Positions 1 through 12,874 are shown, counted from the stretch's first letter. The stretch is DNA of 64,000 nucleotides from Octopus vulgaris (GCA_951406725.2 OX597832.1:37200001-37264000); one strand, 5' to 3'. The notes: generated from the letters alone by a model not told the origin. Made by a program: numbers and translations.

Positions 1-229
1 TTTTATTTAATTCCTTTTGCAGGAAGGACTGCTTAGGTCCAGCCGTGTTCAGCCATTACCTTCAAAACACGCATTGAGTCGAACCAGGGGCAGCTGATGA
101 AGAGGAATTTTCCTTGTATTGTTTGTCCTGTACTCTGTTTCCTCGTTGTTAAAAAAAGTCCGTTTCTTGTTTGATTTTATGTTTTCGTTTCTCGTTGTGT
201 TCTACGTTTATTTGTGGTATCCTGTACTC

Positions 230-235
<6 letters not shown>
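1..235 (+). mobile_element. Penelope-like retroelement 3' end (pLTR-like fragment)
   Basis: CTGATGA at 94-100 followed by a hairpin and a T-rich tail. Closely similar to 11657-11900 and partly to 27980-28170(-). Runs into (TA)n. Confidence 0.5.
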
Positions 236-477
<242 letters not shown>

Positions 478-787
478 GCCATGATTTAGAGAAATGTCAT
501 TTCTGAATGGTATAGAACCAGTATTTCCTTGGATGTAACCATCCCTTTATGAGGTTCGCTTATCCTATATATATATATAAGGACTTATTCAAACAGTCAC
601 CCGAGGAGGTGCATTTTACACTTTGAATGGATGATAATGACTACACATCTAAACAATGTTACCACAGGTGGTAAATTATGATGTCGAAACAATTGTAGTG
701 ATTTTAAAATAATGTCGTGGATTCCATTTTCTATCATTTATGTATACATATACATATCTATCTATCTATTTGTCTGTCTAGCTAACC

Positions 788-884
<97 letters not shown>
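788..884. repeat. (TATC)n microsatellite, 5' flank of LINE copy 1
   Basis: Direct reading. Confidence 0.95.
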
Positions 885-1570
885 AGTCGGTTTATCAGCT
901 GAGTCTATCGTCAATATTGTCACGCCTCCTTCCTTCAAACGGGAAGGAAGAGCTATTTTCATCATCCTTGTGGCTATGGCGAAAGAATGTATCTGGTGGA
1001 CGCGTCTGAAAGGATTGGAGACAAACACTTTCCTCTCTGGTCAATCTCTCATCAACTTCTTCAAGTACCACTTGAAAAGGAAAGTGAGAGTAGAGAGGCA
1101 AGTTTTGTCTAGCGAATGTTTTAAAAAAAGATGGGTGAATGTAGCAAGAATGGCACGTATGAATGACGAAGCCACCTTGAGCATGATCCTATGAACCCAG
1201 AAATTGAAAACAGAGAGTTGCTTATTCGCAAAAAAAAAAAAAAAAGAAATATAACATGTGACTCCATTGACCGAGGTTACCGTGGTCTTTTCCGTAGGCT
1301 TTTCTTTCCACGGGTAAACCTCACCTGTCCTCCCCTTTACACTTCATATTGACATTTCTGTGATAACGATCCCTATTGATCAATTTTTTTTTTTTTCCAC
1401 TCCCCTTTTTTTAACCCCCCTTTTTTTTGTCCTCTTTCTCTCCTTTTACGATCCCTTTTGATCGAAACTCCCCCTTCCTTTTTTTTTTTTTTTTTAAACC
1501 TTCAAAAGAAAAGCTCTACCTTGTAATTTGTTCTATCTGTGTGCAGCCCTGTGTGGCTAATAACGAAACA
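885..1570 (+). mobile_element. 5'-truncated Tx1-like (L1 group) non-LTR retrotransposon, copy 1: ORF2 C-terminus plus 3' UTR
   Basis: Open frame 886-1194 (VGLSAESIV...LVAMAKECIWWTR...FFKYHLKRKVRVERQ...FKKRW...SMIL*) matches the Tx1 ORF2 C-terminal pattern AK..IW..R/F...L.....E/F...W. Closely related copies at 24225-24688(-) and 59879-60023(+). Confidence 0.75.
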
Positions 1571-1597
1571 TATCTAACTATCTATTTATCTATCTAC

Positions 1598-1695
<98 letters not shown>

Positions 1696-1696
1696 G

Positions 1697-1749
<53 letters not shown>

Positions 1750-1750
1750 T
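1571..1750. repeat. (TATC)n microsatellite, 3' flank of LINE copy 1
   Basis: Direct reading. Confidence 0.95.
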
Positions 1751-2065
1751 TATCGATCTTAGTTTCATATATGGTCCTTATTTTCATACATGGTCCTTAT
1801 TTAACTCGGAGTTACTCGCGCAGATGTAAGGCCTTATAGTTATAAGAAATTGGAACATTCTATTGACAAGATACCCATAATGTTTATTTACCAAACCATT
1901 TTCCATGGTGCTACTCACTGAGTCATTGAGGAGTTACAGGTAAAACATGAAGTACCAATTAGCTAGTACTGAATCTCATGTATTAAGTGAATGAGGATAC
2001 TTTGGGGTTGTTCGTGTTTTAATTTAAGTAGAAACCCTTTTGTGAAGAGAAAGGATACAGAAGCA

Positions 2066-2250
2066 GAATTATCAACGCTTATAAGTCAAGGACGCGAAGT
2101 GAGTTGACATAGAAGTTGAATCAACGACGGTTCTAAGTCAAACTTGTAAAGAGAGTAAACGCAAGAAACGAATTATTGACGGCTAAAGGTCAAGAATGAG
2201 AAGAGCGTGGACAAATAGTAGAATATTGACGGTTATAGGTCAAAGATGGA
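2066..2250 (+). repeat. Degenerate tandem repeat, about 52-bp period, 4 units
   Basis: GAAT(T)ATTGACGGTTATARGTCAA-like core starting at 2066, 2118, 2170 and 2221. Confidence 0.7.
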
Positions 2251-2429
2251 TTAAGTAGTATTTTAATACATTTCACTTGAGTGAGAATAGCCAGAGTTTA
2301 TTGTTCTCTGGTCATTCTATCAAGTAGTTAGATGTATATAGGACTATAATTATCAAGTACTTAGATATAGTCTAAATACTTAAACTATATCTGTGAAGTA
2401 TTTAGATGTATGTGGGACTATATTATCTA

Positions 2430-2850
2430 ACATGTCTTTTCTTAAGACGGTTGAATATAATTTGAAATTGCTTTGGCTGTCATTTCTAGCAGTCTGGGTA
2501 ACCGCGTAGAAGCATCAGGATCGACTGGTTACTCAAAAGCTTCTTTTCTTATTGTAGAAATTCCTACATGAACTCTGGTTGCAATTTTTTTATCGCTTGC
2601 TGTTGGAATGTTGTTTCTGTTGTTGCTAACGTCTTTAAGTGTGCTGCTGTATGCGTTTAGCTCCAGGTGAGCCCTGATCAAATAGAAGTTTGGTCAAAGG
2701 GATTCCAACTGTGACCAATTCCGTCTTTTTTAAGCAGAGTGTCACAGAGGACCACATTATCCAATATATTCTTTAAAGACGGCAGAAAATAATTTGAGGA
2801 AGATTTGGCTGCTATTTCTAGCATGGCAAGCGTCCACTTGGAGACATCGT
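2430..2850 (+). mobile_element. Two decayed copies of an interspersed SINE-like family (GATTTGGCTGCTATTTCTAGCA core)
   Basis: Core or associated sequence recurs at about 21425-21585, 21790-21885, 41485-41730(-) and 46240-46500(-). Confidence 0.6.
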
Positions 2851-3028
2851 CGTTATCTTCTCATCACAGACGTTCTTGATTATGATGATAGTAATGCTAT
2901 TTTCATAACAGGTTTCAAATCTGGTACGAAACCATTTCACTTCTCTTAACACCATCCATACCATTTAGTGTGTTGAACGTTTAGAAATTGAACTACTCAT
3001 CTTTCACTAATGATTTCACAGACTAAAT

Positions 3029-3282
3029 CAGTTGTTCTTAAACCATTTTTTTTTGCTTTGAGTCCTATTTTTCTCAGGGGAGGAAATCCTTCATAACCGT
3101 TCGACATCTAAAAGACTCCTGTTATATTTTATGATTAAATGCAAATTAGGAATTATGTACAAAAATGTTTAAATGTTTTTTGTATTGTAGAAGTGTAACA
3201 GGTTTTATTACGCATAAATTTTTACAACAAAATCTTATATGGACACTCAAGGACCAAATGGACCCTTGGTTGAAAACCACTG
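3029..3282. mobile_element. hAT (Charlie-like) MITE
   Basis: TIRs CAGTTGTTCTTAAACC / GGTTGAAAACCACTG. 8-bp TSD GACTAAAT (3021-3028) / GTCTAAAT (3283-3290), fitting the NTCTARAN target. Confidence 0.85.
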
Positions 3283-3682
3283 GTCTAAATAGATAAAGAG
3301 AGAGACCGACAGATAGGGAGACAGATAAAGGGAGAGAGAGAGAAGAATGGAGAGCGGGAGAACGAGAGAGAGGAAGAAAGAGAGATGAGCGAGAGATCGT
3401 GTTTTAGTGGTATCAATACATTTCGCCATCAATGCTCCTAAAAACGGCATGATTATCACAACACCACTTTTCAACTCCACCGAATTTCTTTTATACACAA
3501 ACCATTACAATAACTAAATTTAAGTTGGTAGAAAAGTGGACGCACCGAGGGTATATATATGTATCTATGCATGCATGCGTGCATGTATGTATACATATAT
3601 ATGTATATATGTATGTATGGATGGATGGATGTATATATGTATGTATGTGTATATGTGTGTGAGTATGTGTGTTAGTATGTGT

Positions 3683-3713
<31 letters not shown>

Positions 3714-3899
3714 CTTGTGTAAATAAGGGGGTGCAATATGTTTAGAGGCGCGCACATTTTAAGTGTGACTCTTGTTTTGACAGAAATTACTAAAAACAAT
3801 TTTTAAAAATCTTGACAAAGCCATTGTCCTTTACGTATGATCAATCATCTTCAGCTCTGACAAAGGTTGAACGTTACTTCCTTATATACTGTGTGCGTA

Positions 3900-4296
3900 T
3901 ACATGTATGTAATGTATGTATGTATGTATGTATGTATGTATGTATGTATGTGTGTATGTATGTATGTATGTATGTATGTGTGTATGTATGTATGTATGTG
4001 TGTATGTATGCATGTATGTGCGTATGCATGTATGTATGTATGTATGCATGTATCTATGTATGTATGTATGTATGTGTGTGTGTATGTATGTATGTGTGTA
4101 TGTGTGTGTGTATGTATGTATGTATGTGTGTATGCATGTATGTATGTATGTGTGTATGTATGTATGTAAGTATGTATGTAAGTATGTATGTAAGTATGTA
4201 TGTATGCATGTATGTATGTATGTACGTATGTATGTACGTATGTATGTATGTATGTATGTATGTATGTATGTATGTATACATGCATGTATGCATGTA
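3900..4296. repeat. (TATG)n compound microsatellite
   Basis: Direct reading. Confidence 0.95.
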
Positions 4297-4318
4297 TAAA
4301 TAGATAAATGCATATACA

Positions 4319-5503
4319 CAGGGGTTGGGCAAAATAATTGGAACTTAACTCCAATATTTCAACGAGCCATTATATTACGAATATCCATTCAAATTCCATT
4401 GTGAATGTTTTTTTGTGTTGTAGATGGTTTTTATTTATCTAATTTGATGATTATTTCCATCTCTTTTTCAGATCGTAGTATAAATTAAGCTAAGATGCGT
4501 GACCTCACTGGGTTCGAAAAGGGGCACATTGTTGGAGTCCGAAAAGGCAGAAGCTTCCGTCACCAGAACAGCTGAACTCCTTGGTTTTTCGAGACCTACC
4601 ATATCAAGGACCATGACTGAATTTTGAGAAGCAGGGCAACACCTCCAGCAGGATGCGTAAGTCCGGCAGGATTTCGAAGCTCACTGAAAGAGACCGACGA
4701 GTGGTGAATCGCATTGTGATGGAAAAAATCACCGGACAATTGCCCCTAAAATGACTACAGAGCTGAATCAACATCTGACTAGCCCAGTTTTGACCAAATA
4801 TGTTACCCTTGAGCTCGAATAAAGCCGGATATCATGGAAAAGCCACCATCAGGAAACCTCTGCTTTCTCATCAAAACATTCAGGAAAGGCTGAACTGGTA
4901 TAGAGATCACAAGGCCCGGTTGACAGATCAATGGAAGCAAGTAATATTCTCTGACAAGTCCAGTTTTTCTCTTTTCCCCGCTGCAGGGCGAGTTTGTGTG
5001 TGGAAGCAGCCCAGGGAAGCTTTTAACCCTGACTGCCTTCTTCCTACAGTGAAACACGGAGGTGGGTCTGTAATGGTTTTGTTAGCCATTTCTTGGAATT
5101 CTCTTGGTCCAATCATTGCCCTGCATAGTAGGATCAACAGCTAATGATTATCTGAATATTTTGGGAAATCAAGTCCTTCCCACGGTCCAGACATTATTAC
5201 CTGATGTTGAGTGCAGCTTCCAAGATGACAATGCTCCAATACACACCTCTCATGTGGTTAAGAATTGGTATGGAGGGCACAGTAGGGAGCTACAACACAT
5301 GGAGTGGAGTGGCCCCTCAATCTCCAGATTTTAATATTATTGAGCATCTGTTGTGCATCTTGGAGCAACAAGTTAGAAGTCGTTACCCACCACCGTCGTG
5401 TCTGCGACAGCTGGAGCAGGTTTTGCAGGAAGAATGACTCTAGATTCCTCTCAATGATGTCAGGAAGCTGTATGAATCAATTCCTAGATGCATCGAAGCT
5501 GTA
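4319..5503 (+). mobile_element. Tc1-family transposon with decayed DD34E-type transposase, right end missing
   Basis: Left TIR CAGGGGTTGGGCAAAATAATTGGAAC. Motifs WKQVIFSDKSSF, PTVKHGGGSVMV, FQDDNAPIH and PQSPDFNIIEHL, with frameshifts and stops. Confidence 0.9.
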
Positions 5504-6303
5504 TCCCATGAGAGAGTTGAAAGTATTCTGCATTATGAACTTGGTATGACGAACGTTTCTACTCGGTGGGTGCCACGTCTTCCGACACCTGATCAAAAGC
5601 GCACCAGGCTGATCCCATCACGGGAAAATCTAAAATCTGATTTCTTTGAACGTTTCTTTAGCCAAAGCGATTGTTGGGTTCGTCACTTTGGACCAGACAC
5701 AAAGATACAATCCACGCAGTGGAACCCCCCCCCCCCTCAACTGCTCCAACGAAGGCCAAGGTCGTTTCATTTGCAATGTAGGTGGAAGCCTCAGTTTTTT
5801 GGGATGCAAAAAACATTGTTTTTATTGTCTGTCTTCCAAAGGGACTCATCTTCAATGGAGTGTACTATGCCAACCTGCTGAGGCGGGTACGAAAGGTTAT
5901 CAAGATCAGACGCCCAGGAAAACTGACGAAAGGGGTCTTGTTTCATCAGGACAATGCACCGTTACACAAACCCTTGGTTTCAATGGCTGCTGTGTGCAAC
6001 TGTGGCTTTCATCTGGTTGATCCCTATTCCTATACTCCTGATTCATCTGGCTGTTATCTGTTTCCCTACGTGAACAAAAGCTTGGCTGGGAACCTGTATC
6101 GCAGTGATGATGACATCATATCTGCTGTTGATGACTTTTTTTGAGCAACAAGATGAAAGCTTCGCCTAGAGGATCCAAGCACTGCAACGCCGATTAACAA
6201 AATGTGCGGGCCGCAAGGGGATTTATGTTGAAAAATAAACCTCATTTGATCACATTCGATGAGAGTATCTTGGTCAGCCTATGACCTTTTCGGCCGACCC
6301 TCG
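5504..6303 (+). mobile_element. mariner-family transposon, 3' portion, decayed
   Basis: SHERVESILHYELGM, RWVPRL, ASVFWDAK and LFHQDNAPLH motifs. Right TIR ...CTTTTCGGCCGACCCTCG followed by TA. Confidence 0.9.
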
Positions 6304-6804
6304 TATGTATTTATAATTCAGTTTTTAAAAACATTTTAATCCCTTACTTCAGTTGTAGAACTAACAAGAAGACCCACGAGTTGAACTTCTTTTATAGATG
6401 AAGACTTTCAAAGTATTTTGCCATGGATATCCTCCACGTATGAACCAAAGTAACTAAACTGTAGCCAGACATTTTCGCATTACATAGGACATATCACCAA
6501 TATGCATAACTTTTAATACACGCGTGAATTGCTGTCGTTTTCGACGGCGCAGGCTCACCAGTGATTAAATAAAATAATAGATGGATGACTATTTATCGAT
6601 TAAATAAATAAGTTATTGTTGTAACCTAAAAAAAAAATTATAAAACAATTTAAACGACACTTTCCCCGCATATCTAGTTCTCTTTGCCTCCAATCCTAGA
6701 AAGCATTTTCGATTAAAAATTTATATAATCTTACTGTACAAATCTTTATCAAATGTATGAAATGCATTCTATTAAATACCAGTTTCAGCTTATTTCTTCT
6801 AAAA

Positions 6805-6838
6805 TTACGGCATTTTTGATGGCACGGGTATGCTAGTA
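6805..6838 (+). mobile_element. Probable Helitron 3' terminus remnant
   Basis: ...GGCACGGGTATGCTAG|T resembles the hairpin + CTAG end; the hairpin is degenerate. Confidence 0.35.
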
Positions 6839-6932
6839 TAAATATATATATATAGGCAAAACATAAATTTCCACGCATATACATAAACACAGACATATCT
6901 ATCCACACACAGGCACACACATACAGAGTATG

Positions 6933-6980
<48 letters not shown>

Positions 6981-7160
6981 CATATATATGCATATATATA
7001 CATACATATGCATATATATATATGTGTGTGTGTGTATATATATGTATGTATATACATATATATATATCCATTATATGTATATATGCATATTTATATATAT
7101 ATACATATATATATATGTATAAAGATATATATGTATATATATGTATGCATACATACGCAC

Positions 7161-7193
<33 letters not shown>

Positions 7194-7897
7194 TATTTAT
7201 GGCTGTGTGTGTGTGTGTGTTTGTAAAAACTAAAAAACATATTTCATATCTCAGCCCCCTCAATATATAACCTCACCCACACCACCATCTCATTTCTATT
7301 CTTCATCAAAAATATTGCTTTATATTGGGTTTTTTTTTATGATACACATGTTATTATTTTTCTTTCGCTGAATTCAAGAACAGAGAGAATAAATAAATAT
7401 ATATATATGAAAAAAAAAAAATCATGAAAAGCCCTCGTCTTGTGTCACACCAGGGGAACCATAATTTTTTTGGAGTATTTGAGCAGAAAAATCATATCTT
7501 TTTTAACTTCTGCATTTTTTTTCATCTTTAAGCTGTAAGTCACACACACACACGCATACGCACGCACACAGTCACAAAAACTCACATACGTGCACACGAG
7601 CGCGCGCACACACACATACACACACGTCTATATATATGTATATACATACATATTTATATATATTTATATGTGTGTGTTTGTATGTACGTGTGTATGTTCA
7701 TATACGTGAGTGTATGAATGTATATGCGCATGTATGAATATATATATACACACATATATATGTGTATAACATACATACATATATATACATACATATACTT
7801 ATATATATATATATATATATGTATATGTATACACATACATATATGTATATACATACATATATGTATATACATATATGTATATATATATATATATACA

Positions 7898-8019
<122 letters not shown>

Positions 8020-8026
8020 GTATGTA

Positions 8027-8080
<54 letters not shown>

Positions 8081-8421
8081 TGCATTCACGCCAGCGCTAC
8101 GGTTTTTGTTGGTGTTTTATTAAATACTCGACGATACAGAACACAGTGAGATAAATAGTGTGCACTTTATAATAAATCTCCTATCGCTGACGTCCTCAAA
8201 CGTTGTGATATTAAATATAAGTGTATACACCAACAGTATATTTATTATTGTATATAAAATATTCAGTGTCTCTGCGATGAATATCGTATGAAGAATAAAG
8301 ACTTGTGTTAAGATTATTTTGTGAGGTGAACGGAAAAAACATTCATCAATTTATCAGGTTTTGTTTAGAGAAAAAAAAATGAATAAATAAATAAATAAAT
8401 AATAAATAAATAAATGATAAT

Positions 8422-8630
8422 AATGGTTTCAAATTTTGCCACAAGGGTAGCCATTTTGGGGGGAGGGGATAAGTCGATTGCATCGTCGACCCCAGTGTTT
8501 CACTGGTACTGAATTTATCGACCCCGAAAGGATGAAAGCAAAGTCGACCGACCTCGACGGAATTTGAACTCAGAATATAGATGATGGACGTTTTTGCCCG
8601 GCATGCTAACGATTCTGCCAGCTCGCCGCC

Positions 8631-8631
<1 letters not shown>
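8422..8631 (-). mobile_element. tRNA-derived short SINE (GGCGGCGAGCTGGCAGAATCGTTAG head)
   Basis: A box, B box GTTCAAATTCC and CATCCTTTCGGGGTCGATAAA core. Many copies in the window. Confidence 0.85.
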
Positions 8632-8709
<78 letters not shown>

Positions 8710-8710
8710 T

Positions 8711-8754
<44 letters not shown>

Positions 8755-8779
8755 CGACGACGACGACGACGACGACGAA

Positions 8780-8815
<36 letters not shown>
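8632..8815. repeat. Compound (AAT)(AAC)(GAC)(GAT) triplet microsatellite
   Basis: Direct reading. Confidence 0.95.
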
Positions 8816-8817
<2 letters not shown>

Positions 8818-9006
8818 CAAATTTTGGCACAAGGCCAGTAATTTCTGTGGGGTGGGTGTAAATTGATTACGTGGACCCCAATGATCAATTGATACTTATT
8901 TTATCGACCCTGTAAGGATGCAAGGCAAAATTGATCTCGGCGGATTTTGAACTCAGAACATGAAGACGGATGAAATGCGGTAACGATTCTGCCAGCTCGC
9001 CGCCCT
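8815..9006 (-). mobile_element. Same short SINE family, second adjacent copy
   Basis: Similarity to 8422-8631. Confidence 0.8.
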
Positions 9007-9026
9007 AACAACAACAACAACAACAC

Positions 9027-9057
<31 letters not shown>

Positions 9058-9147
9058 AACCGTTCATTTTGTTTTGCTTTCGGAGCCCATTCATACAATA
9101 TATTACGATGGGATTACATTTGTGCGTGTGTAGATGTATATACATAA

Positions 9148-9539
9148 TCTTTATATATAAAAGTAAGGTTGTGTGTCTGTCTCCTACGATTTAGATTCCT
9201 AACTACTCCCACATTTTGCGGTGCAGTTTAACCAAAACCGGGTATCTTATAGTCGTGATTCATATCGAGCCCTTCTGGGTATTAGCGCGCGTCTACGATG
9301 AGTCTACGATTTAAAAAAAATTACCATCAATTTTTCACATTTTTAATGCATTTTTGGCATATATAAGGGAAGTAACACTCTAAAAATTTATTATTAAATC
9401 TCAGAACGTAAAAAGCTACAGTAACCCCCCCCCCTTTGTGGTTATCCATATTGAGATGGCTATTATACTTTACATCTCTAAAAATGCTTATATAGTTATT
9501 TCCCTTACAAACCTGAGCAACGCCGGGCGATACTGCTAG
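9148..9539 (+). mobile_element. Non-autonomous Helitron
   Basis: A|TC 5' end (TCTTTATATATAAAAG), subterminal hairpin CCTGAGCAACGCCGGG, CTAG|T 3' end, no TSD. Confidence 0.85.
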
Positions 9540-9945
9540 TTATATATAAAAAGAAGTGTACAATATAGTAGGCTTATAATGATGAGACATATAAAACCCA
9601 CTTTTTACTCAAGTAGATAAATACATAAACACACAGCTATCCATACATGCACGTACATACATACAAACAAACATGAATGCACACTTACAATAAAATAAAT
9701 TAAGGCATTCTATCCATAGACAGCTGAGAAGACGTTCCCTCAGTTTTATCAGGGTACACCGTGACCAAAGAATCTTTTGCATGCTTTTCTCCGGATATAT
9801 GTACTCAAAATACTCCGTCCTTAAACTGCTTGTGAGCTTGTGAGCGACTCAGATATCAAACTGGTTAATAAAGTAGACACATCCTCCTTGCAGAAAACGT
9901 TTAAAGATTGCTAAATCGGCTCTTAGCAGTCTATCTTTTGCATGT

Positions 9946-10310
9946 GGAGGCGCAATGGCCCAGTGGTTAGGGCAGCGGACTCGCGGTTTCGATTCCCAGA
10001 CCGGGCGTTGTGAGTGTTTATTGAGCGAAAACACCTAAAGCTCCACGAGGCTCCGGCAGGGGATGGTGGTGATCCCTGCTGTACTCTTTCACCACAACTT
10101 TCTCTCACTCTTACTTCCTGTTTCTTTTGTACCTGTATTTCAAAGGGCCGGTCCTTGTCACTCTCTGTGTCACGCTGAATATCCCCGAGAACTACGTTAA
10201 GGGTGCACGTGTCTGTGGAGTGCTCAGCCACTTACACGTTAATTTCACGAGCAGGCTGTTCCGTTGATCGGATCAACTGAAACCCTCGTCGTCGTAACCG
10301 ACGGAGTACT
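9946..10310 (+). mobile_element. tRNA-derived SINE resembling octopus OR-type SINEs
   Basis: Head GGAGGCGCAATGGCCCAGTGG...TTCGATTCCC with A/B boxes. The 3' about 180 bp is shared with 13240-13558. Confidence 0.85.
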
Positions 10311-10709
10311 TCCATCCAGTTGAAAACAACCTTCAGTGTTAGGAAAGATGGTTTTCTTATATTTTGCTTGAATTAACATTTTTGTCAGTCTTCCCGCCTG
10401 TTTTACCTCAAACCCATGCCAGTCCTTAGTCTTCTATTGTCGCAAGACGAGAGTAGTATTACTAGATATAGCTGGAAAGGTGACTCGTACACGTTGGCCT
10501 CTAGCTTTAAGAAAGAGATATTTTTTCGCTATCTTTGGAGTTGTACCGAGTGAAGTTTTGGAGACCTCAATCTCTGAGATCTGTTGTTGCTGTTGTTACG
10601 CGTGTGGCTTAGTGGTTAGGGTATTCCGCTTTTTTTTTTTGAAACGTTGGATCAGATTTCTTTTTAAACCCAATACTTACACGCTATTATTTTTAGCAAG
10701 GTTATTTAC

Positions 10710-10818
10710 CGAGCCTCAACTGTTCTAACTGAGCATCTTGGTAGAGCACTGACGAGCCTTTCTCCCCCTTGAGCTCCCGCCAGTGTTCCCCTGTCCACCA
10801 CATTACGCATCCTGACGG
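10710..10818 (-). CDS. Candidate host exon (109 nt), possibly the first coding exon of an unidentified gene
   Basis: Acceptor TTTCCTCTTATTCTGTCTTTAG|C and donor CTCG|GTAAAT around unique GC-rich sequence. Open frames PSGCVMWWTGEHWRELKGEKGSSVLYQDAQLEQLRL and MRNVVDRG...VEAR. No homolog recognised. Confidence 0.45.
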
Positions 10819-11250
10819 CTAAAGACAGAATAAGAGGAAATGAGACGGCACAAAAAGACACAGATACAAACAGTATAATACATAAACCCATACAAGCACA
10901 CAGACAGACATACACACACACACACACACACACACAAGACATACTAAACACACAGATACACACACACACAAGACATACTAAACACACAGATACATGCATA
11001 CACACACATATACAGATGTAAGCGCATGCGCAGTTAAGGATACATACCACAGAATGACAAAATGGAATAAGCGCAACAAGAGGGGATGTGTGGGATAAAG
11101 AGTCGTCGACCCAAAATATAAAGGAGTGGAATTGAATTAACGTGTGTGTTAATAATATTGGCAGAATGACTCTCCCTAGACACAACGATATTTGTTTCAA
11201 CACACGAATTCACATAAAGAATCTTGCAAACAAGTTACAAAAAGGAAGTA

Positions 11251-11291
<41 letters not shown>

Positions 11292-11327
11292 ACAGAAAGA
11301 GCATACACTACGCATACACTCACGCAA

Positions 11328-11361
<34 letters not shown>

Positions 11362-11573
11362 GCACACACACATGCATACACGCAACATTGCGTGTTTCGG
11401 AGTTCGAAGCCTCTGTGTAGCAATTGTCTATATAGTCTTGGTTGACCAATATCAGCTGAATGGAATTTGCTAGAAGTCGATCGGATATACATACATACAC
11501 GCATAAATAAGTACGTACATATACACATGTATACATATACACCTCTCTTTCTATTTATCTGTCAGTCCATCTG

Positions 11574-11656
<83 letters not shown>

Positions 11657-11663
<7 letters not shown>

Positions 11664-11900
11664 TAAGGCGACTGAAGAAGGGGAATTTTCCTTGTGTTAT
11701 TTGTCCTGTACTCTATTTTTTCGTTGTTTTAAAAAAATGTCCAGTTCCTTGGTTTTGTGTTTATGTTTTCGTTTCTCATTGTGTTCGACGTTTTTTTTTT
11801 GGTGTCCTGTACCCATATATGCATGTATATATACATGTAGAGGTAGGTACGTACATATATGTATGTATGCATATGTTTTATTTATTTATTAATTTATTAT
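11657..11900 (+). mobile_element. Penelope-like 3' fragment embedded in (TA)n
   Basis: Similar to 90-370; CTGAAGA at 11672. Confidence 0.55.
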
Positions 11901-11974
11901 ATATATGTACATATATATATATGTACATATATATATATATACACATATATATATACATATACATATATATATAT

Positions 11975-12028
<54 letters not shown>

Positions 12029-12134
12029 ATGTACACATAGATACATACACAGATATATACATGTGTGTGTGTTTGTGTGTGTAATTTAATAAGTTCTTCG
12101 GTCTGTAGAACTTAAGGGAAAATAGATTTCTCAC

Positions 12135-12216
12135 CTACGCACAGTTAATAAAAATAGAAAAAGGAAAAAAATTCCAAACAGAATATAATTAAATCGAAGA
12201 GATCACCATCACCATC

Positions 12217-12247
<31 letters not shown>

Positions 12248-12293
12248 GTCAACAACAATAACGCTAGCACAGTAGCAGCAGCAGCAGCAGGAC
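12135..12293 (-). other. Candidate non-coding (5' UTR) exon
   Basis: Acceptor TTTTCATTTTGTGTTTAG|G and donor TAG|GTGAGA. Stops in all three frames. Lies 1.3 kb upstream of the 10710-10818 candidate. Confidence 0.4.
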
Positions 12294-12874
12294 CTAAACA
12301 CAAAATGAAAATACTCCTGCTCGTCCTTGAATGTGAATTTTTGGCAGCAGACAGGAAGTGAACAGTTTGTTGGGAGTTACTTCTTCAATGGGGGTCGTCA
12401 TTTTCGGATTTGATTTTTTGTTTTTTTTTGTGTGTGTGTCTCCGGTTTGAAGATAACTCGCTTGCAATGTTACCATTTGTCTTAATTTCCCTTGCCTTCG
12501 ATTCGAAACTAGACTTTCTGTATCCGGTGTATCCCGTATCCCGTAGGACTCAAATAGTTTCGCCCGTCTTCAGCTCCTAATTGGAGACGCTTCTTGTTTG
12601 GGCGGAATAGGAGAGAGAGAGGTTGAAATAGGTGTTTGGTGTTCGTTGGTGCCTTACTGTTTAGTGGTTGTAGTAGAGACGTTGGTAATGGTGGTGGCAG
12701 TCGGAGTGAGGGTGTTGATGGTGGCGGAGGTGTTGATGGTAGCGTTGATGGTGAAAGTGGTTGTGGTGTAGATAGTATTATTAATCCTGGTAGCAATGGT
12801 GGTTGCAACGGCGGTGCTGTTGTAGCACCTTCGACGCCTATGCATGCATGTATGTATGTATGTTTGTGTATAAA

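Noticed and set aside
2066-2250. CRISPR-like repeat-spacer pattern
   Set aside because: The repeats are too divergent, the spacers resemble each other, there are no cas genes and the context is eukaryotic
9946-10005. tRNA gene
   Set aside because: The A/B boxes belong to a SINE head; there is no complete cloverleaf and it continues into a multicopy body
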